A DNA stretch of 64,000 bases, from NCBI GenBank assembly GCA_016931275.1, contig JAFGFA010000009.1:7513-71512 (forward strand). Reading direction: 5' to 3'. This DNA is from Parachlamydiales bacterium. Its GTDB lineage: Bacteria; Chlamydiota; Chlamydiia; Chlamydiales; SM23-39. The notes below the pieces were generated by a model that ran no database searches, was not told the origin of the DNA, and saw nothing but the letters and a program-made list of their open reading frames with translations. Below, one piece after another: positions 1-10,196 of the stretch (within the stretch, counting starts at the first letter, position 1; every line of letters begins with the position of its first letter). The translations under genes were made by a program, and so were the position numbers.

Positions 1-173
1 TGCATAGCGATGTCTTTTTGATCTTTACCATCCCAATCTTTCAAACGCAACGCTTCCAATTCTTCATACAAGAGACAAACAGACGATACCTCTCTCTGTC
101 GGACCCCTGCAGGCTTAAAACAACGGATTTTAGGTTCTAAAAAAACACTTTTTTTTCTGGGAAGACGCGGCAT
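1..173 (-). CDS. DUF134 (UPF0251) family putative DNA-binding protein, N-terminal part only (gene runs off the window edge)
   Basis: Own translation of the minus strand from the ATG at 173: MPRLPRKKSVFLEPKIRCFKPAGVRQREVSSVCLLYEELEALRLKDWDGKDQKDIAM. This fits the DUF134 N-terminal pattern MPRP..R.V...P....FKP.G.....V.L..DELEALRL.D. It is missing from the ORF track because it is truncated by the edge. Confidence 0.7.
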   Translation of the reverse strand, partial: MPRLPRKKSVFLEPKIRCFKPAGVRQREVSSVCLLYEELEALRLKDWDGKDQKDIAM

Positions 174-452
174 GTTCTCCTCTGTTCGGCATATAGATTT
201 TTACGCTGACCAGCTATTAGTTATGAATATGTATTCATATTACCCTGTTACAATTTTTATTTCCATTATTTCTTATTAGAGGTTCCCCTTTCTAGAAAAC
301 ATTTCATCTCTACTGAGGACTAACAATAAAAAATTCCAGATCTTTAAAAAAAGATTACTATAAAAAGTTTTAATATTGATTAATTGCTATTATTCCCTAA
401 GTTTTTATATTATATTTATGTTTTTCATACAGTTCTAACCCCAGGACAGAAG

Positions 453-983
453 ATGCCCTCCCCCGCCAGAAAAAGCGTTAAGGTATTGCTCATCAATGAG
501 CAGAAAGAGATTTTACTCATGTGCGCTCATGATCCTAAAGTCACATCAAAGGACGGCATCTATCATGGACGTTTTTGGTTTCCTATTGGAGGAGGCATAG
601 AACAAGGGGAAACCATTCAAGACACGGCCATTCGAGAAATTTTTGAGGAAACAAGTCTAACACCAGATCAGTTCGACATCGGCCCTATTGTTTGGCATGG
701 CACCTTCGATCTCATCATCCAAGAGACGCTCACACATCTGGAACAGACATTCATCGTAGTCCATACCAAAATCCGCAATGTAATGATGCGCAAACTAGAC
801 GAATGGGAACAAAAAAGTGTCAAAACCATTTCCTGGTTTTCTTATGAAGATCTTTGTACTACCCAAGAAATCATCTATCCTGTTGTACTAAAAGACTATT
901 TGCCTGACATCTTAAATGAGAAATACCCGAAAACCCCTCTTGAACTCGATCTTGGAAAACAACCAAATCAGACAAAACAGTAA
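453..983 (+). CDS. NUDIX hydrolase
   Basis: Nudix box GGGIEQGETIQDTAIREIFEETSL. The ATG at 453 (MPSPARKS) is preferred over the ORF-track start at 384, whose extra residues are a low-complexity hydrophobic run. Confidence 0.85.
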   Translation: MPSPARKSVKVLLINEQKEILLMCAHDPKVTSKDGIYHGRFWFPIGGGIEQGETIQDTAIREIFEETSLTPDQFDIGPIVWHGTFDLIIQETLTHLEQTFIVVHTKIRNVMMRKLDEWEQKSVKTISWFSYEDLCTTQEIIYPVVLKDYLPDILNEKYPKTPLELDLGKQPNQTKQ

Positions 984-1149
984 CAATTTTTATTCCGTAA
1001 TAGATATCCTCATAGTTTTATTTTTTTGAACAACATAACAATTCATAAACTAAAATAATTTTATTAGTTACTTCAAAACGAAAAAATAACTTTATAAAAA
1101 TTATGTCCTGTGAAAAAATGATCCCACAAAAAATTAGGTAAAAGAACTC

Positions 1150-2400
1150 ATGAAAAACACTTCCTCGTTCCTAAAATGGTCTATATGGTCCCTTGCGGCA
1201 ATATTTTATTTTTATGAATTTATTCTACGAGTGTCTCCCAGCGTGATGATTCCTGAGTTAATGAAAAGTTTTGGAATTACGGCCTCTGCAGTTGGGGTAT
1301 TAAGTGCATTTTATTTATACGCCTATGCTCCCATGCAGCTCCCTGTCGGCCTGATCATGGACCGCTATGGAATTAAAAAAGTCTTAAGCGTCGCTTCCCT
1401 TATCTGCGGCTTTGGAGCTATTTTCTTTGGGATCGCTCAAACACTGCCTCTCGCAAGCATAGGTCGTTTAATGATTGGGGCGGGGTCCTCTTTTGCCTTC
1501 ATAGCAATGGTATATGTGACTTCTTATTGGTTCGATGCCAAGAAAAGAGCTTTTTTAATTGGAATTGCCAATTCCTTAGCCATGTTAGGAGCTTCTGCTG
1601 GTACCGGTCCTTTATCGATGACCATGCGAGCCCTTGGATGGCGGACTACAATTATTTTATTTGGTACTGTCGGGATTTTTCTAGGAATTGCCGTCTATTT
1701 TATTTTTCAAGCCGACAAAAAAGATAAAAAGATAGAACAGTCCACAGAAAAAATTAAAGGACATCTACTTCATAATCTCAAAACGGTGATCACCAAAAAA
1801 AATAACTGGACCAATTCGTTAACGGCTCTATTCTTTTATATAACGACCACTGCTTTCGGAGGACTTTGGGGGATTTCTTTTTTACAGACTGCCTACGGGA
1901 TCCGCAAAGAAACCGCCGGTTATGCCATTTCCATGATTTTTATGGGATGGCTTGTCGGAGGTCCTCTTATTGGACTCTGGTCGGATTATATCGCTAAAAG
2001 AATCTTTGCCATACGAACGGGAATATTCGGTACTTTTATCTGTCTGGTAACGGTCATCTATTGTCCCTTCATTCATATTTATCTCGTCTATGTCCTATTA
2101 TTTCTTGTAGGATTGTTTTCTGCAGCGGAACTTTTAAATTTTAGTGTGGCGGTAGAATTAAATAGTTTGGTCTCACGAGCTACTGCTGCCGCTTTTACCA
2201 ATTTCATCATCTCCTGTGGCGATGCGATCGTACAACCTTTAATCGGATTTTTCTTGGATATGAATTGGACTGGAAAGATTGTAGAAGGAATCAGGATGTA
2301 TACAGCTCACGATTACCAAATAGCCCTTGCATGCCTGCCGATTGGACTTTTGCTTGCGTTCTTTCTCCTATTTTTCGTACGAGAAAAAGAGTCCCTCTAA
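1150..2400 (+). CDS. MFS transporter
   Basis: 416 aa, about 12 hydrophobic segments. MFS-like loop motif GLIMDRYGIKK after TM2. Confidence 0.85.
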   Translation: MKNTSSFLKWSIWSLAAIFYFYEFILRVSPSVMIPELMKSFGITASAVGVLSAFYLYAYAPMQLPVGLIMDRYGIKKVLSVASLICGFGAIFFGIAQTLPLASIGRLMIGAGSSFAFIAMVYVTSYWFDAKKRAFLIGIANSLAMLGASAGTGPLSMTMRALGWRTTIILFGTVGIFLGIAVYFIFQADKKDKKIEQSTEKIKGHLLHNLKTVITKKNNWTNSLTALFFYITTTAFGGLWGISFLQTAYGIRKETAGYAISMIFMGWLVGGPLIGLWSDYIAKRIFAIRTGIFGTFICLVTVIYCPFIHIYLVYVLLFLVGLFSAAELLNFSVAVELNSLVSRATAAAFTNFIISCGDAIVQPLIGFFLDMNWTGKIVEGIRMYTAHDYQIALACLPIGLLLAFFLLFFVREKESL

Positions 2401-2615
2401 CTGTTTCCTGACAAAAAATTGACAATTTTTTTTATCGAAATTGTCCAAGTTCAGGCTAAAACCCCCAGAGATGATTTTTATTTTTTTATTGATCTTTTTT
2501 TTCACATTTTAGATACAAAGATTAAAAAGATAAAAGAAATTTACCATATTTACCCTTATAAAAAGCTTTTAGGCTCTTTTTATATTCTCTGTAAAAGCAA
2601 CCCAAGGAAGGCCCT

Positions 2616-5108
2616 ATGGACATATGTTTTATTCCTGCACAAGAAGCTCAAACAGAGAACCGTGAAAAGATCATGCAAAAGCTTCAGAGCTCTTTAGACG
2701 GCTTAAGCACTTCCACGGTTCAAGAAAGACAAAAAAAATGCGGTTTGAACATCATCCGGGAAAAAAAATCTTCCTTATGGCTTAAAATCTTACATTATTT
2801 TTGGGGACCGATTCCATGGATGATCGAAGCGGCCGCTATATTGTCTCTCATCGTTCAACATTTTACCGATTTTTATATTATTTGTTCTCTTCTATTTATC
2901 AACGGCTTTGTCGATTTTCTGGAGGAATTTCAAGCAGGGAATGCTATTGCGGCTCTGAAAAAGAGGCTCGCATTAAAATGTCTCGTAAAACGAGATAATA
3001 AATGGATAGAACTGGACGCCTCCCAGCTGGTCCTAGGAGATATCATCCGGTTAAGGCTCGGCAATATTATTCCTGCCGATGCAAAGCTTCTTGAAGGAGA
3101 CTACCTTACCGTAGACCAATCCATGCTCACCGGAGAATCCCTCCCGACCACCAAAAAATCCGGAGATATCGTTTTTTCCGGATCCGTGGTCAAACAAGGA
3201 GAAATGAACGCCATTGTCACAGCGACCGGACAAAATACTTTTTTAGGACAAACAACACAACTCGTTGAAAAGGCAAAACCTGTCTCGCATTTTCAAAAGG
3301 CTGTTTTGAAAATCGGAGACTTTCTTATCTATCTAAGCTTGGGACTGGCTGCCATTCTGATCATGGTACAATTATCCCGTGAAACGCCTTTGCTGGAACT
3401 AGTCCAATTCGTGTTAATTTTAATAATTGCATCGATCCCTGTCGCTCTGCCAGCTGTCCTCTCTGTCACGATGGCACTAGGAGCCCTAAAACTCTCCAAA
3501 ATGAAAGCAATCGTAACAAAATTAGAATCTATTGAGGAAATTGCCGGCGTGGACGTTCTGTGCTGTGATAAAACAGGCACCCTCACCCAAAACCAATTGT
3601 CCTTAGGAGAACCTGTCGCTATCAACAATAATGACAAACAACTTCCGATCCTCTTCGCCTCTCTTGCTTCTCAAAAAGAGGTGAAAGATCCAATCGATCA
3701 AGCCATTCTCAAAGGGCTGAAAAATCCCGCTATCCTCAATACATACGTTCAAGAGAAATTTATCCCGTTTGACCCTATTCGAAAAAGAGCTGATGCCACT
3801 ATTCGCGATGCTCAAGGAAAGATATTTTACGTCACAAAAGGAGCTCCTCAAATCATTCTAAATCTATGCAAGATAGAATCTGATCTCGCTAAGAAAATGA
3901 ATAATGCCATCGACACTTTTGCCCAAAAAGGCCATCGCACTCTTGGCGTCGCCCGCTCAACGGATGGAAAAACATGGGAATTTTTAGGACTTCTCCCCCT
4001 CTACGATCCCCTTCGAGAAGACTCTTTAGAAACCATCCAACATGCAAAAGAACATGGAATCATGATTAAAATGCTCACAGGCGACAATAAAGCGATTGCA
4101 AAAGAAATTGCCCACCAGCTAAATATAGGGGATACTATTAGCACCGCAAAAGATCTTTTAGACAAACCGGAAGATCTACAAAAATCTTCCGTGATCGATA
4201 CAATCGAAGCAACCGACGGCTTTGCAGAAATTTTTCCGGAACATAAATATGAAATTGTTCAAGCCTTGCAGCATCGCAAGCATATTGTAGGGATGACTGG
4301 AGATGGTGTCAATGATGCGCCTGCATTGAAACAGGCAGATGTGGGTATTGCCGTTAGCGGAGCGACCGATGCAGCCCGTTCTTCGGCCTCACTAGTGCTA
4401 TTAGCTCCAGGACTTTCCCTCATTATCAAAGCCATCGAAGAATCTCGCCGCATTTTCGAACGAATGAACAGTTATTCTATTTTCCGGATCACAGAAACAA
4501 TTCGCATTATGCTCTTTATCGTAACGTCTATCCTCGTCTTCCAGTTCTATCCGATAACGGCTGTGATGATCATTTTGTTAGCGCTCCTCAATGACATTCC
4601 TATTATGACCATCGCTTATGATCATACATTATTAGATATAAAACCGGTAAAATGGCAGATGAAACGCGTCCTAACCATCGCTTCCATTTTAGGTTTTTTC
4701 GGGATCATTTCCACTTTTTTGCTATTATTCATCGCCAAGGATCTATTACATCTAGATATTGCGCATATTCAATCCTTTATTTTTCTCAAGTTATGCGTCG
4801 CGGGTCATCAGACTCTTTTTATTGCCCGCACCAAACAAGCCTTTTATACAAAGCCTTACCCTTCCAAGATCCTTCTCACGGCCATATTATCTACGCAAGT
4901 TTTAGCAGCGCTTTTCGTGGGCTTTGGAATATTGATGACGGCGATTCCGTGGTCGTACATATTTCTTATTTGGGGATATACCCTTTTGTGGATGCTGATC
5001 TTAGACAGAATCAAAATTCTCATTTACAAAAGCTTCAATTTTGAAAGCAAAGAACACCAGAAATTTCTAAAACGCATTAAAGAATCGTTCCATAGCAACC
5101 CTAAATAG
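2616..5108 (+). CDS. P-type ATPase, type IIIA (plasma-membrane H+-ATPase-like)
   Basis: Motifs TGES, CCDKTGTLTQN, MLTGDN, GMTGDGVNDAPALKQADVGIAV. Long stretches resemble plant/fungal H+-ATPases (PGLSLIIKAIEESRRIFERMNSY). AGGAAGG lies 5 nt upstream of the ATG at 2616. Confidence 0.9.
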   Translation: MDICFIPAQEAQTENREKIMQKLQSSLDGLSTSTVQERQKKCGLNIIREKKSSLWLKILHYFWGPIPWMIEAAAILSLIVQHFTDFYIICSLLFINGFVDFLEEFQAGNAIAALKKRLALKCLVKRDNKWIELDASQLVLGDIIRLRLGNIIPADAKLLEGDYLTVDQSMLTGESLPTTKKSGDIVFSGSVVKQGEMNAIVTATGQNTFLGQTTQLVEKAKPVSHFQKAVLKIGDFLIYLSLGLAAILIMVQLSRETPLLELVQFVLILIIASIPVALPAVLSVTMALGALKLSKMKAIVTKLESIEEIAGVDVLCCDKTGTLTQNQLSLGEPVAINNNDKQLPILFASLASQKEVKDPIDQAILKGLKNPAILNTYVQEKFIPFDPIRKRADATIRDAQGKIFYVTKGAPQIILNLCKIESDLAKKMNNAIDTFAQKGHRTLGVARSTDGKTWEFLGLLPLYDPLREDSLETIQHAKEHGIMIKMLTGDNKAIAKEIAHQLNIGDTISTAKDLLDKPEDLQKSSVIDTIEATDGFAEIFPEHKYEIVQALQHRKHIVGMTGDGVNDAPALKQADVGIAVSGATDAARSSASLVLLAPGLSLIIKAIEESRRIFERMNSYSIFRITETIRIMLFIVTSILVFQFYPITAVMIILLALLNDIPIMTIAYDHTLLDIKPVKWQMKRVLTIASILGFFGIISTFLLLFIAKDLLHLDIAHIQSFIFLKLCVAGHQTLFIARTKQAFYTKPYPSKILLTAILSTQVLAALFVGFGILMTAIPWSYIFLIWGYTLLWMLILDRIKILIYKSFNFESKEHQKFLKRIKESFHSNPK

Positions 5109-5145
5109 CCTCTATAACTTTTATTGTAGCCTCAGACAATAATCA

Positions 5146-6192
5146 TCATAACGATAATCGCTCTGGAAAAACTCCGGCAAGCTGACCACAGGCCGCTTGT
5201 ATATCCCTTCCTTTCGCATATCTCCACGTCGTGGGAATAAAAGCTTTTTCCAATAAAGACTTAAAAGCAATGATATTTTCCTTTAAAGGCCTTTTCCAAA
5301 GGACTCCATCGACAGGATTGTAGGGAATGAGGTTCACACTAATCGGTCTTTTGCCTATTAAGGCAATGAGTTCTTTGGCATGTATCGGCTGATCATTGAT
5401 GTGTTGAATCAAGGTATATTCGAACGTGATATTCCTTCTAGTCGCTGCAAAATAGGCATCAACAGCCTTTAACAACTGAGGAAGGGGGTTTTTCTTTGCC
5501 AAGGGAATAATCATCTGACGAAGCTTTTGTGACGGCGCATGTAACGATATGGCCAAATTGACTTTCAACTGTTTCTTTTGCAAGAGCATAATTCCTTCTA
5601 TAAGGCCCACCGTAGAAATTGTGATACGTCTTTGCGATATGTGCAACTCTTTTTGAAAAAACAAGATGGCCTGACAGACCGGCTCGAAATTATCCAAAGG
5701 CTCTCCCATACCCATAAATACAATATGAGTAATTGGAGAACGTGCATTTTTATGAACAAAGAGGAACTGTTCTATGATTTCTGCAAGGGTCAAATGGCGT
5801 ATTAACCCTCTTTTTCCCGAAGCACACATGACACATCTTCCCTTGCATCCAACCTGTGTCGACAGGCAAATGGTCGTTCTATGAGGAGCATAAATAAGAA
5901 CAGACTCAATATAATGGCCATCTGATAGCTGAAATAAGAATTTTTCCGTTTCTTGAGTAGAAGAGACCTCTTTGTTCCTTTCCTGCAAAACTGGAAAAAT
6001 AAAATGGTTGTGAAGGACATACAGAATATCTTTTCCTAGATTCTTCATGGAAGAAAAATCGGTAACAAAATGTTTGTACAACCATTGATAGACTTGTACG
6101 GCTCGAAATTTCGGAAGTTGCAATTCCCTAAAAAATTTTTCCAGTTCTTCTAAGGAAAGTCCTGTTAAAGGGATATTTTTATTCATACACAC
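5146..6192 (-). CDS. rlmN: 23S rRNA/tRNA adenine-C2 methyltransferase RlmN (radical SAM)
   Basis: CKGRCVMC radical-SAM cluster motif, GMGEP, and C-terminal IQAACGQL typical of RlmN/Cfr. Confidence 0.9.
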   Translation of the reverse strand: MCMNKNIPLTGLSLEELEKFFRELQLPKFRAVQVYQWLYKHFVTDFSSMKNLGKDILYVLHNHFIFPVLQERNKEVSSTQETEKFLFQLSDGHYIESVLIYAPHRTTICLSTQVGCKGRCVMCASGKRGLIRHLTLAEIIEQFLFVHKNARSPITHIVFMGMGEPLDNFEPVCQAILFFQKELHISQRRITISTVGLIEGIMLLQKKQLKVNLAISLHAPSQKLRQMIIPLAKKNPLPQLLKAVDAYFAATRRNITFEYTLIQHINDQPIHAKELIALIGKRPISVNLIPYNPVDGVLWKRPLKENIIAFKSLLEKAFIPTTWRYAKGRDIQAACGQLAGVFPERLSL

Positions 6193-6320
6193 TATTGTCG
6201 TGAAAAACTCTTTGAGAAAAGTATACCAAAAAAAGCTTTTTGCTTCACTGTAGAACGATTTATTAAAAAAATTGATACTTATTTTTATATTTTTTTCTTA
6301 CAATCCCCAATGAGGATGTT

Positions 6321-7058
6321 ATGCGGATTTCAAAGAAATTTTTCTTACTTTTCTTGCCTTGGATACTTATAGCTCAAGATATTGAGACAATAATCGATAA
6401 AATCGACAAGCTTTTTCGTAGCGATTTTAGTCATGGAAACATTTCGATGTCTATCCATACCCCCAATTGGGAGAGGACTCTAGATCTGGAAGTATGGACC
6501 AAGGGAATGGAAGAAACTTTCATTGTAATACAAGAGCCTAAAAAAGATCGGGGAACAGCCACCTTACGCAAAAAAAATGAGATGTGGAATTATTTCCCCA
6601 AAATCGACAAAGTAATCAAAGTTCCCCCCTCTATGATGATGAGCGCATGGATGGGATCGGACTTCACTAATGACGATCTTGTTCGAGAAGTCTCTTTACT
6701 TCAGGACTATAAAGCTTCGTATCTCGATAAAGAACCGGTCTCGGAAGGATTTGTCTGGATCTCCTTAAAACCCAAGCAACAGACAGTAACTGTCTGGAGA
6801 GAAATTCGCCTTTTAGTCGATAAAGCAACGCACATTCCCCATCAGCAAATTTATTACGATGAACATGGAGAAAAGATCCGTATTCTGTTCTTAAGAGAGA
6901 TCAAAGAACTGGGAGGAAAAATGATCCCTACAGTATTGGAAATGATCCCCCTTCACAAGAAAAACCATAAAACAATTGTGCGATACCGAGAAATGACATT
7001 TAATAAATCCCTAGACCCCGGTATTTTTTCTCTTCGCAATTTACAAAAAAAACGATAA
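6321..7058 (+). CDS. LolA-like outer membrane lipoprotein-sorting protein, secreted
   Basis: Signal peptide MRISKKFFLLFLPWILIAQD. MWNYFPKIDKVIKVPPSMMMSAWMGSDFTNDDLV resembles the LolA_like family usually encoded next to FtsX-type permeases. Confidence 0.7.
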   Translation: MRISKKFFLLFLPWILIAQDIETIIDKIDKLFRSDFSHGNISMSIHTPNWERTLDLEVWTKGMEETFIVIQEPKKDRGTATLRKKNEMWNYFPKIDKVIKVPPSMMMSAWMGSDFTNDDLVREVSLLQDYKASYLDKEPVSEGFVWISLKPKQQTVTVWREIRLLVDKATHIPHQQIYYDEHGEKIRILFLREIKELGGKMIPTVLEMIPLHKKNHKTIVRYREMTFNKSLDPGIFSLRNLQKKR

Positions 7059-7062
7059 TACG

Positions 7063-8265
7063 ATGAAAATTTTAATTGCTATCGCCTTTCGCAACCTCTT
7101 TCGCCAAGTACGTCGTTCTATTTTAACCTCCCTCACGATTATCATCGGATTTATTCTCCTCTCCCTATCTATTGGAGTCAGCTTAGGAAGTTATCATCAT
7201 ATCATCGAAATGTTCACTGCTGCCAAAACAGGACATATTCAAATTCATGAGGAGGATTATTTAGAAAAACCTTCTCTTTATAAGACAATGCCTATGACTA
7301 TCGATGACAAGATGCAAAATATTCCCTTTATTCAGGCGTCTTCCCCTAGAGTTTTTTTTCAGGCTCTTGTTTTTTGCCATAACAAGACTTTTGGAACAGA
7401 AGTAATCGGAATAGAACCAAAAAAAGAATTTGCCACAACCAATATAGAAAAAAAACTCTCTAAAGGAACTTTCTCTAAGGAAGGAATTGTGATCCCCTAT
7501 CGGTTAGCACAATTCCTTCGAGCAGATATTGGAGATGAAATCGCTTTGATTACACAAGGAGCTGACGGATCTATTAGCAATGATCTTTTCAGAATCAGCG
7601 GCATCCTCGGAACACAGGAGGATCGTTCGGAATATTCCTCATGTTACCTGGATCTGAAACAAGCACAGAACTTTTTAGTCCTGGGAGATAAAATTCATGA
7701 GATTGTTATCCGAACAGACCATTATCAAAAATCATGGGAATATGTTCATAAGATTCGATTAATTCTTCAAGACAAACAATTAGACATAGAACCTTGGCAG
7801 GTTGTAGAAAAATCATTTTATCAAGCCATGCAAACCGATATAAAAGGAATGTGGGTATCATTAGCTATTATTATGCTGATCATTGCCATAGGAATTCTTA
7901 ATACTATTTTGATGTCTCTTTTAGAAAGGACCAGAGAATATGGAATTATGCAGGCTTTAGGGACCTCTTCCTTATTTTTAGTCGGTCAAATTATTGCAGA
8001 AGTCTTTATCTTAACTTGTATCAGCATTTTGATTGGAAGTATTTTGGCCTTTTTGGGAAATGCCCTGTTAGCAACTTACGGCATCCCTCTGTCAAAACCG
8101 ATTACCTACGGAGGAATGGAATTTACCTCTTATAAGAGCATGGTTTCTTGGGAAACCTTCACCATTCCCTCGTTATTAATCTTCTCTACGGCTCTTCTCA
8201 TATCTCTTTTCCCTGCTGCAAAATTATTGTATAAAAAACCTATAGAATCGTTGCGATACGTATGA
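7063..8265 (+). CDS. ABC transporter permease, FtsX/LolC/MacB type
   Basis: N-terminal TM, large periplasmic domain, C-terminal FtsX-like 3-TM bundle (LLERTREYGIMQALGTS). Confidence 0.85.
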   Translation: MKILIAIAFRNLFRQVRRSILTSLTIIIGFILLSLSIGVSLGSYHHIIEMFTAAKTGHIQIHEEDYLEKPSLYKTMPMTIDDKMQNIPFIQASSPRVFFQALVFCHNKTFGTEVIGIEPKKEFATTNIEKKLSKGTFSKEGIVIPYRLAQFLRADIGDEIALITQGADGSISNDLFRISGILGTQEDRSEYSSCYLDLKQAQNFLVLGDKIHEIVIRTDHYQKSWEYVHKIRLILQDKQLDIEPWQVVEKSFYQAMQTDIKGMWVSLAIIMLIIAIGILNTILMSLLERTREYGIMQALGTSSLFLVGQIIAEVFILTCISILIGSILAFLGNALLATYGIPLSKPITYGGMEFTSYKSMVSWETFTIPSLLIFSTALLISLFPAAKLLYKKPIESLRYV

Positions 8266-8272
8266 GAGAAAA

Positions 8273-9490
8273 ATGACGATCCCTTTTATAAAATTAGGTT
8301 GGAGAAATATCTTTCGTAACAAGCGACGAAGCCTTTTGACAGGCACGGTGATTGGCATTACACTGGCTTCTTTGATTTTACAAAATAGCATTATGCTAGG
8401 AATGATGGAAAACATTTTTAATCAGGCGACCCGCACTTTTTTAGGGCAGGCACAAATTCATAATAAACACTTTTTAGATACGTTAGACATCCATAAAACC
8501 ATTCATAACGAGGCAGATCTCCTTTCTTTTTTAAACGCCCAGAAAAATATAACCTTTAGCCGAAGAGCTGTAGGGCCCGCATTACTTTCCTCTCCTAAGA
8601 ATAGCATTTCCATATCCCTGTATGGAATAGATTCCCTTGAAGAGAAACGCGTATCCCGTATCCCTAAGGCAATACAAAAAGGCTCTTTTTCTCTAAACGA
8701 CCACTCCATTCTCATAGGCTCCAAGCTTGCGGATCTTTTAGAAATTCAGCTTCATGACCATATTGTGCTTACGGTAGCTCAGGCAAAAACAGATGATTTA
8801 GAACAAGCTCTATTACGTATAGACGGGATCTTTGAGATGGGAGAGCCGATCTTTGATCGATCCTTAGCCTTTATCCCACTCACTTTGGCTCAGAAATTGT
8901 GGAACATAAACGGCATTCATGAAATCGCCCTTCAATTCACCCATGGAAGTCTAAACTTTTCTATCCCCCAGGAATTCAAACAAGAAATAGAAAAAACCCA
9001 AAATCAGCTACTAAGTTGGAAACAACTCATTCCTTCTATGGAAGCTCTATTAGAAATGACTTCCTATGCAACATTCTTAGTGATGATCCTTGTCTTTATC
9101 CTGGTCATTTTTATTATCATCAATACATTTTTTATGGCTCTGTTCGAAAGGATGAAAGAATTTGGAGTATTACGGGCCATTGGAACAAAACCTCATCAGC
9201 TTTTTATCTTAATCTTGATTGAAGCAGCATCCTTAGCCCTGATCAGTATCATCATTGGATTGCTGATCTCCTATTGCATCATTGCTATCTTATCCGTCCA
9301 TGGTCTCAGTTTTATGGGAATTGATGTCGGAGGAGTGACGATAAGGGAACCTATTTATCCCATTTGGAACCTATCCCATATAACCCTCTATCCTCTTTCC
9401 GTTTTTGCCTTTACCCTTATTTCGGCTATTTATCCGGCTTTTTATGCTGCCAAAATAGTCCCTATAAAAGCCCTACAAAAAGAAGGTTAA
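8273..9490 (+). CDS. ABC transporter permease, FtsX/LolC/MacB type (paralogue)
   Basis: Same architecture as the upstream gene (LFERMKEFGVLRAIGTK). Confidence 0.85.
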   Translation: MTIPFIKLGWRNIFRNKRRSLLTGTVIGITLASLILQNSIMLGMMENIFNQATRTFLGQAQIHNKHFLDTLDIHKTIHNEADLLSFLNAQKNITFSRRAVGPALLSSPKNSISISLYGIDSLEEKRVSRIPKAIQKGSFSLNDHSILIGSKLADLLEIQLHDHIVLTVAQAKTDDLEQALLRIDGIFEMGEPIFDRSLAFIPLTLAQKLWNINGIHEIALQFTHGSLNFSIPQEFKQEIEKTQNQLLSWKQLIPSMEALLEMTSYATFLVMILVFILVIFIIINTFFMALFERMKEFGVLRAIGTKPHQLFILILIEAASLALISIIIGLLISYCIIAILSVHGLSFMGIDVGGVTIREPIYPIWNLSHITLYPLSVFAFTLISAIYPAFYAAKIVPIKALQKEG

Positions 9491-9494
9491 TCCC

Positions 9495-10196
9495 ATGAAC
9501 TATCCTATTATATCCATGGAACATGTCAGCAAGATCTATCAACAAGGAGAAATAAAGGTAGAAGCTCTTTCCGATGTTAACCTCACAATTAATCAAGGAG
9601 AATTCACGGTCCTAGCAGGCCCTTCCGGTTCCGGAAAAACGACCTTGCTGAATTTAATCGGAGGTCTGGATTATCCTACACAAGGTATTGTCCAATTAAA
9701 CAATATCCCTATTCAAAAAATGAGCGGAGCAAAACTCGCCACTTTTCGTCGAGACCATATTGGATTTGTTTTTCAAGCCTATAACCTCATTCCCGTTCTT
9801 ACAGCAAAAGAAAATATCGAATATGTGATGACCTTACAGAAAATATCCAAACCAGAAAGAGAACGGCGAGTTACATGGATCATGCAAGAATTAGGCCTAC
9901 AAGGAATGGAAAATAGAAAGCCTTGTCAATTATCTGGAGGACAACAGCAAAGGGTTGCCGTAGCAAGAGCCATGGTTGCTCATCCTAAAATCATTTTAGC
10001 AGACGAACCCACCGCCAATGTCGATTCCAAAACAGGTCTTGATCTTATCAATCTTATGCTGCGCCTCAATGCGGAAAAAGGAATGACTTTTCTATTCTCC
10101 ACTCACGATGAGATGATTATCAACAAAGCACATCGTATTATTCATCTGCGGGATGGAAAAATATATGAAATAAAAAAACAATCCTCAAAACAATGA
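9495..10196 (+). CDS. ABC transporter ATP-binding protein (LolD/MacB-type)
   Basis: Walker A GPSGSGKTT, signature LSGGQQQR, Walker B ILADEPT. Confidence 0.92.
   Translation: MNYPIISMEHVSKIYQQGEIKVEALSDVNLTINQGEFTVLAGPSGSGKTTLLNLIGGLDYPTQGIVQLNNIPIQKMSGAKLATFRRDHIGFVFQAYNLIPVLTAKENIEYVMTLQKISKPERERRVTWIMQELGLQGMENRKPCQLSGGQQQRVAVARAMVAHPKIILADEPTANVDSKTGLDLINLMLRLNAEKGMTFLFSTHDEMIINKAHRIIHLRDGKIYEIKKQSSKQ

Noticed and set aside
2419-2697. 92-aa ORF upstream of and overlapping the P-type ATPase start.
   Set aside because: It is Phe/Lys/Ile-rich low-complexity translation of an AT-rich promoter region. It overlaps the well-supported ATPase start, which has a strong ribosome-binding site.
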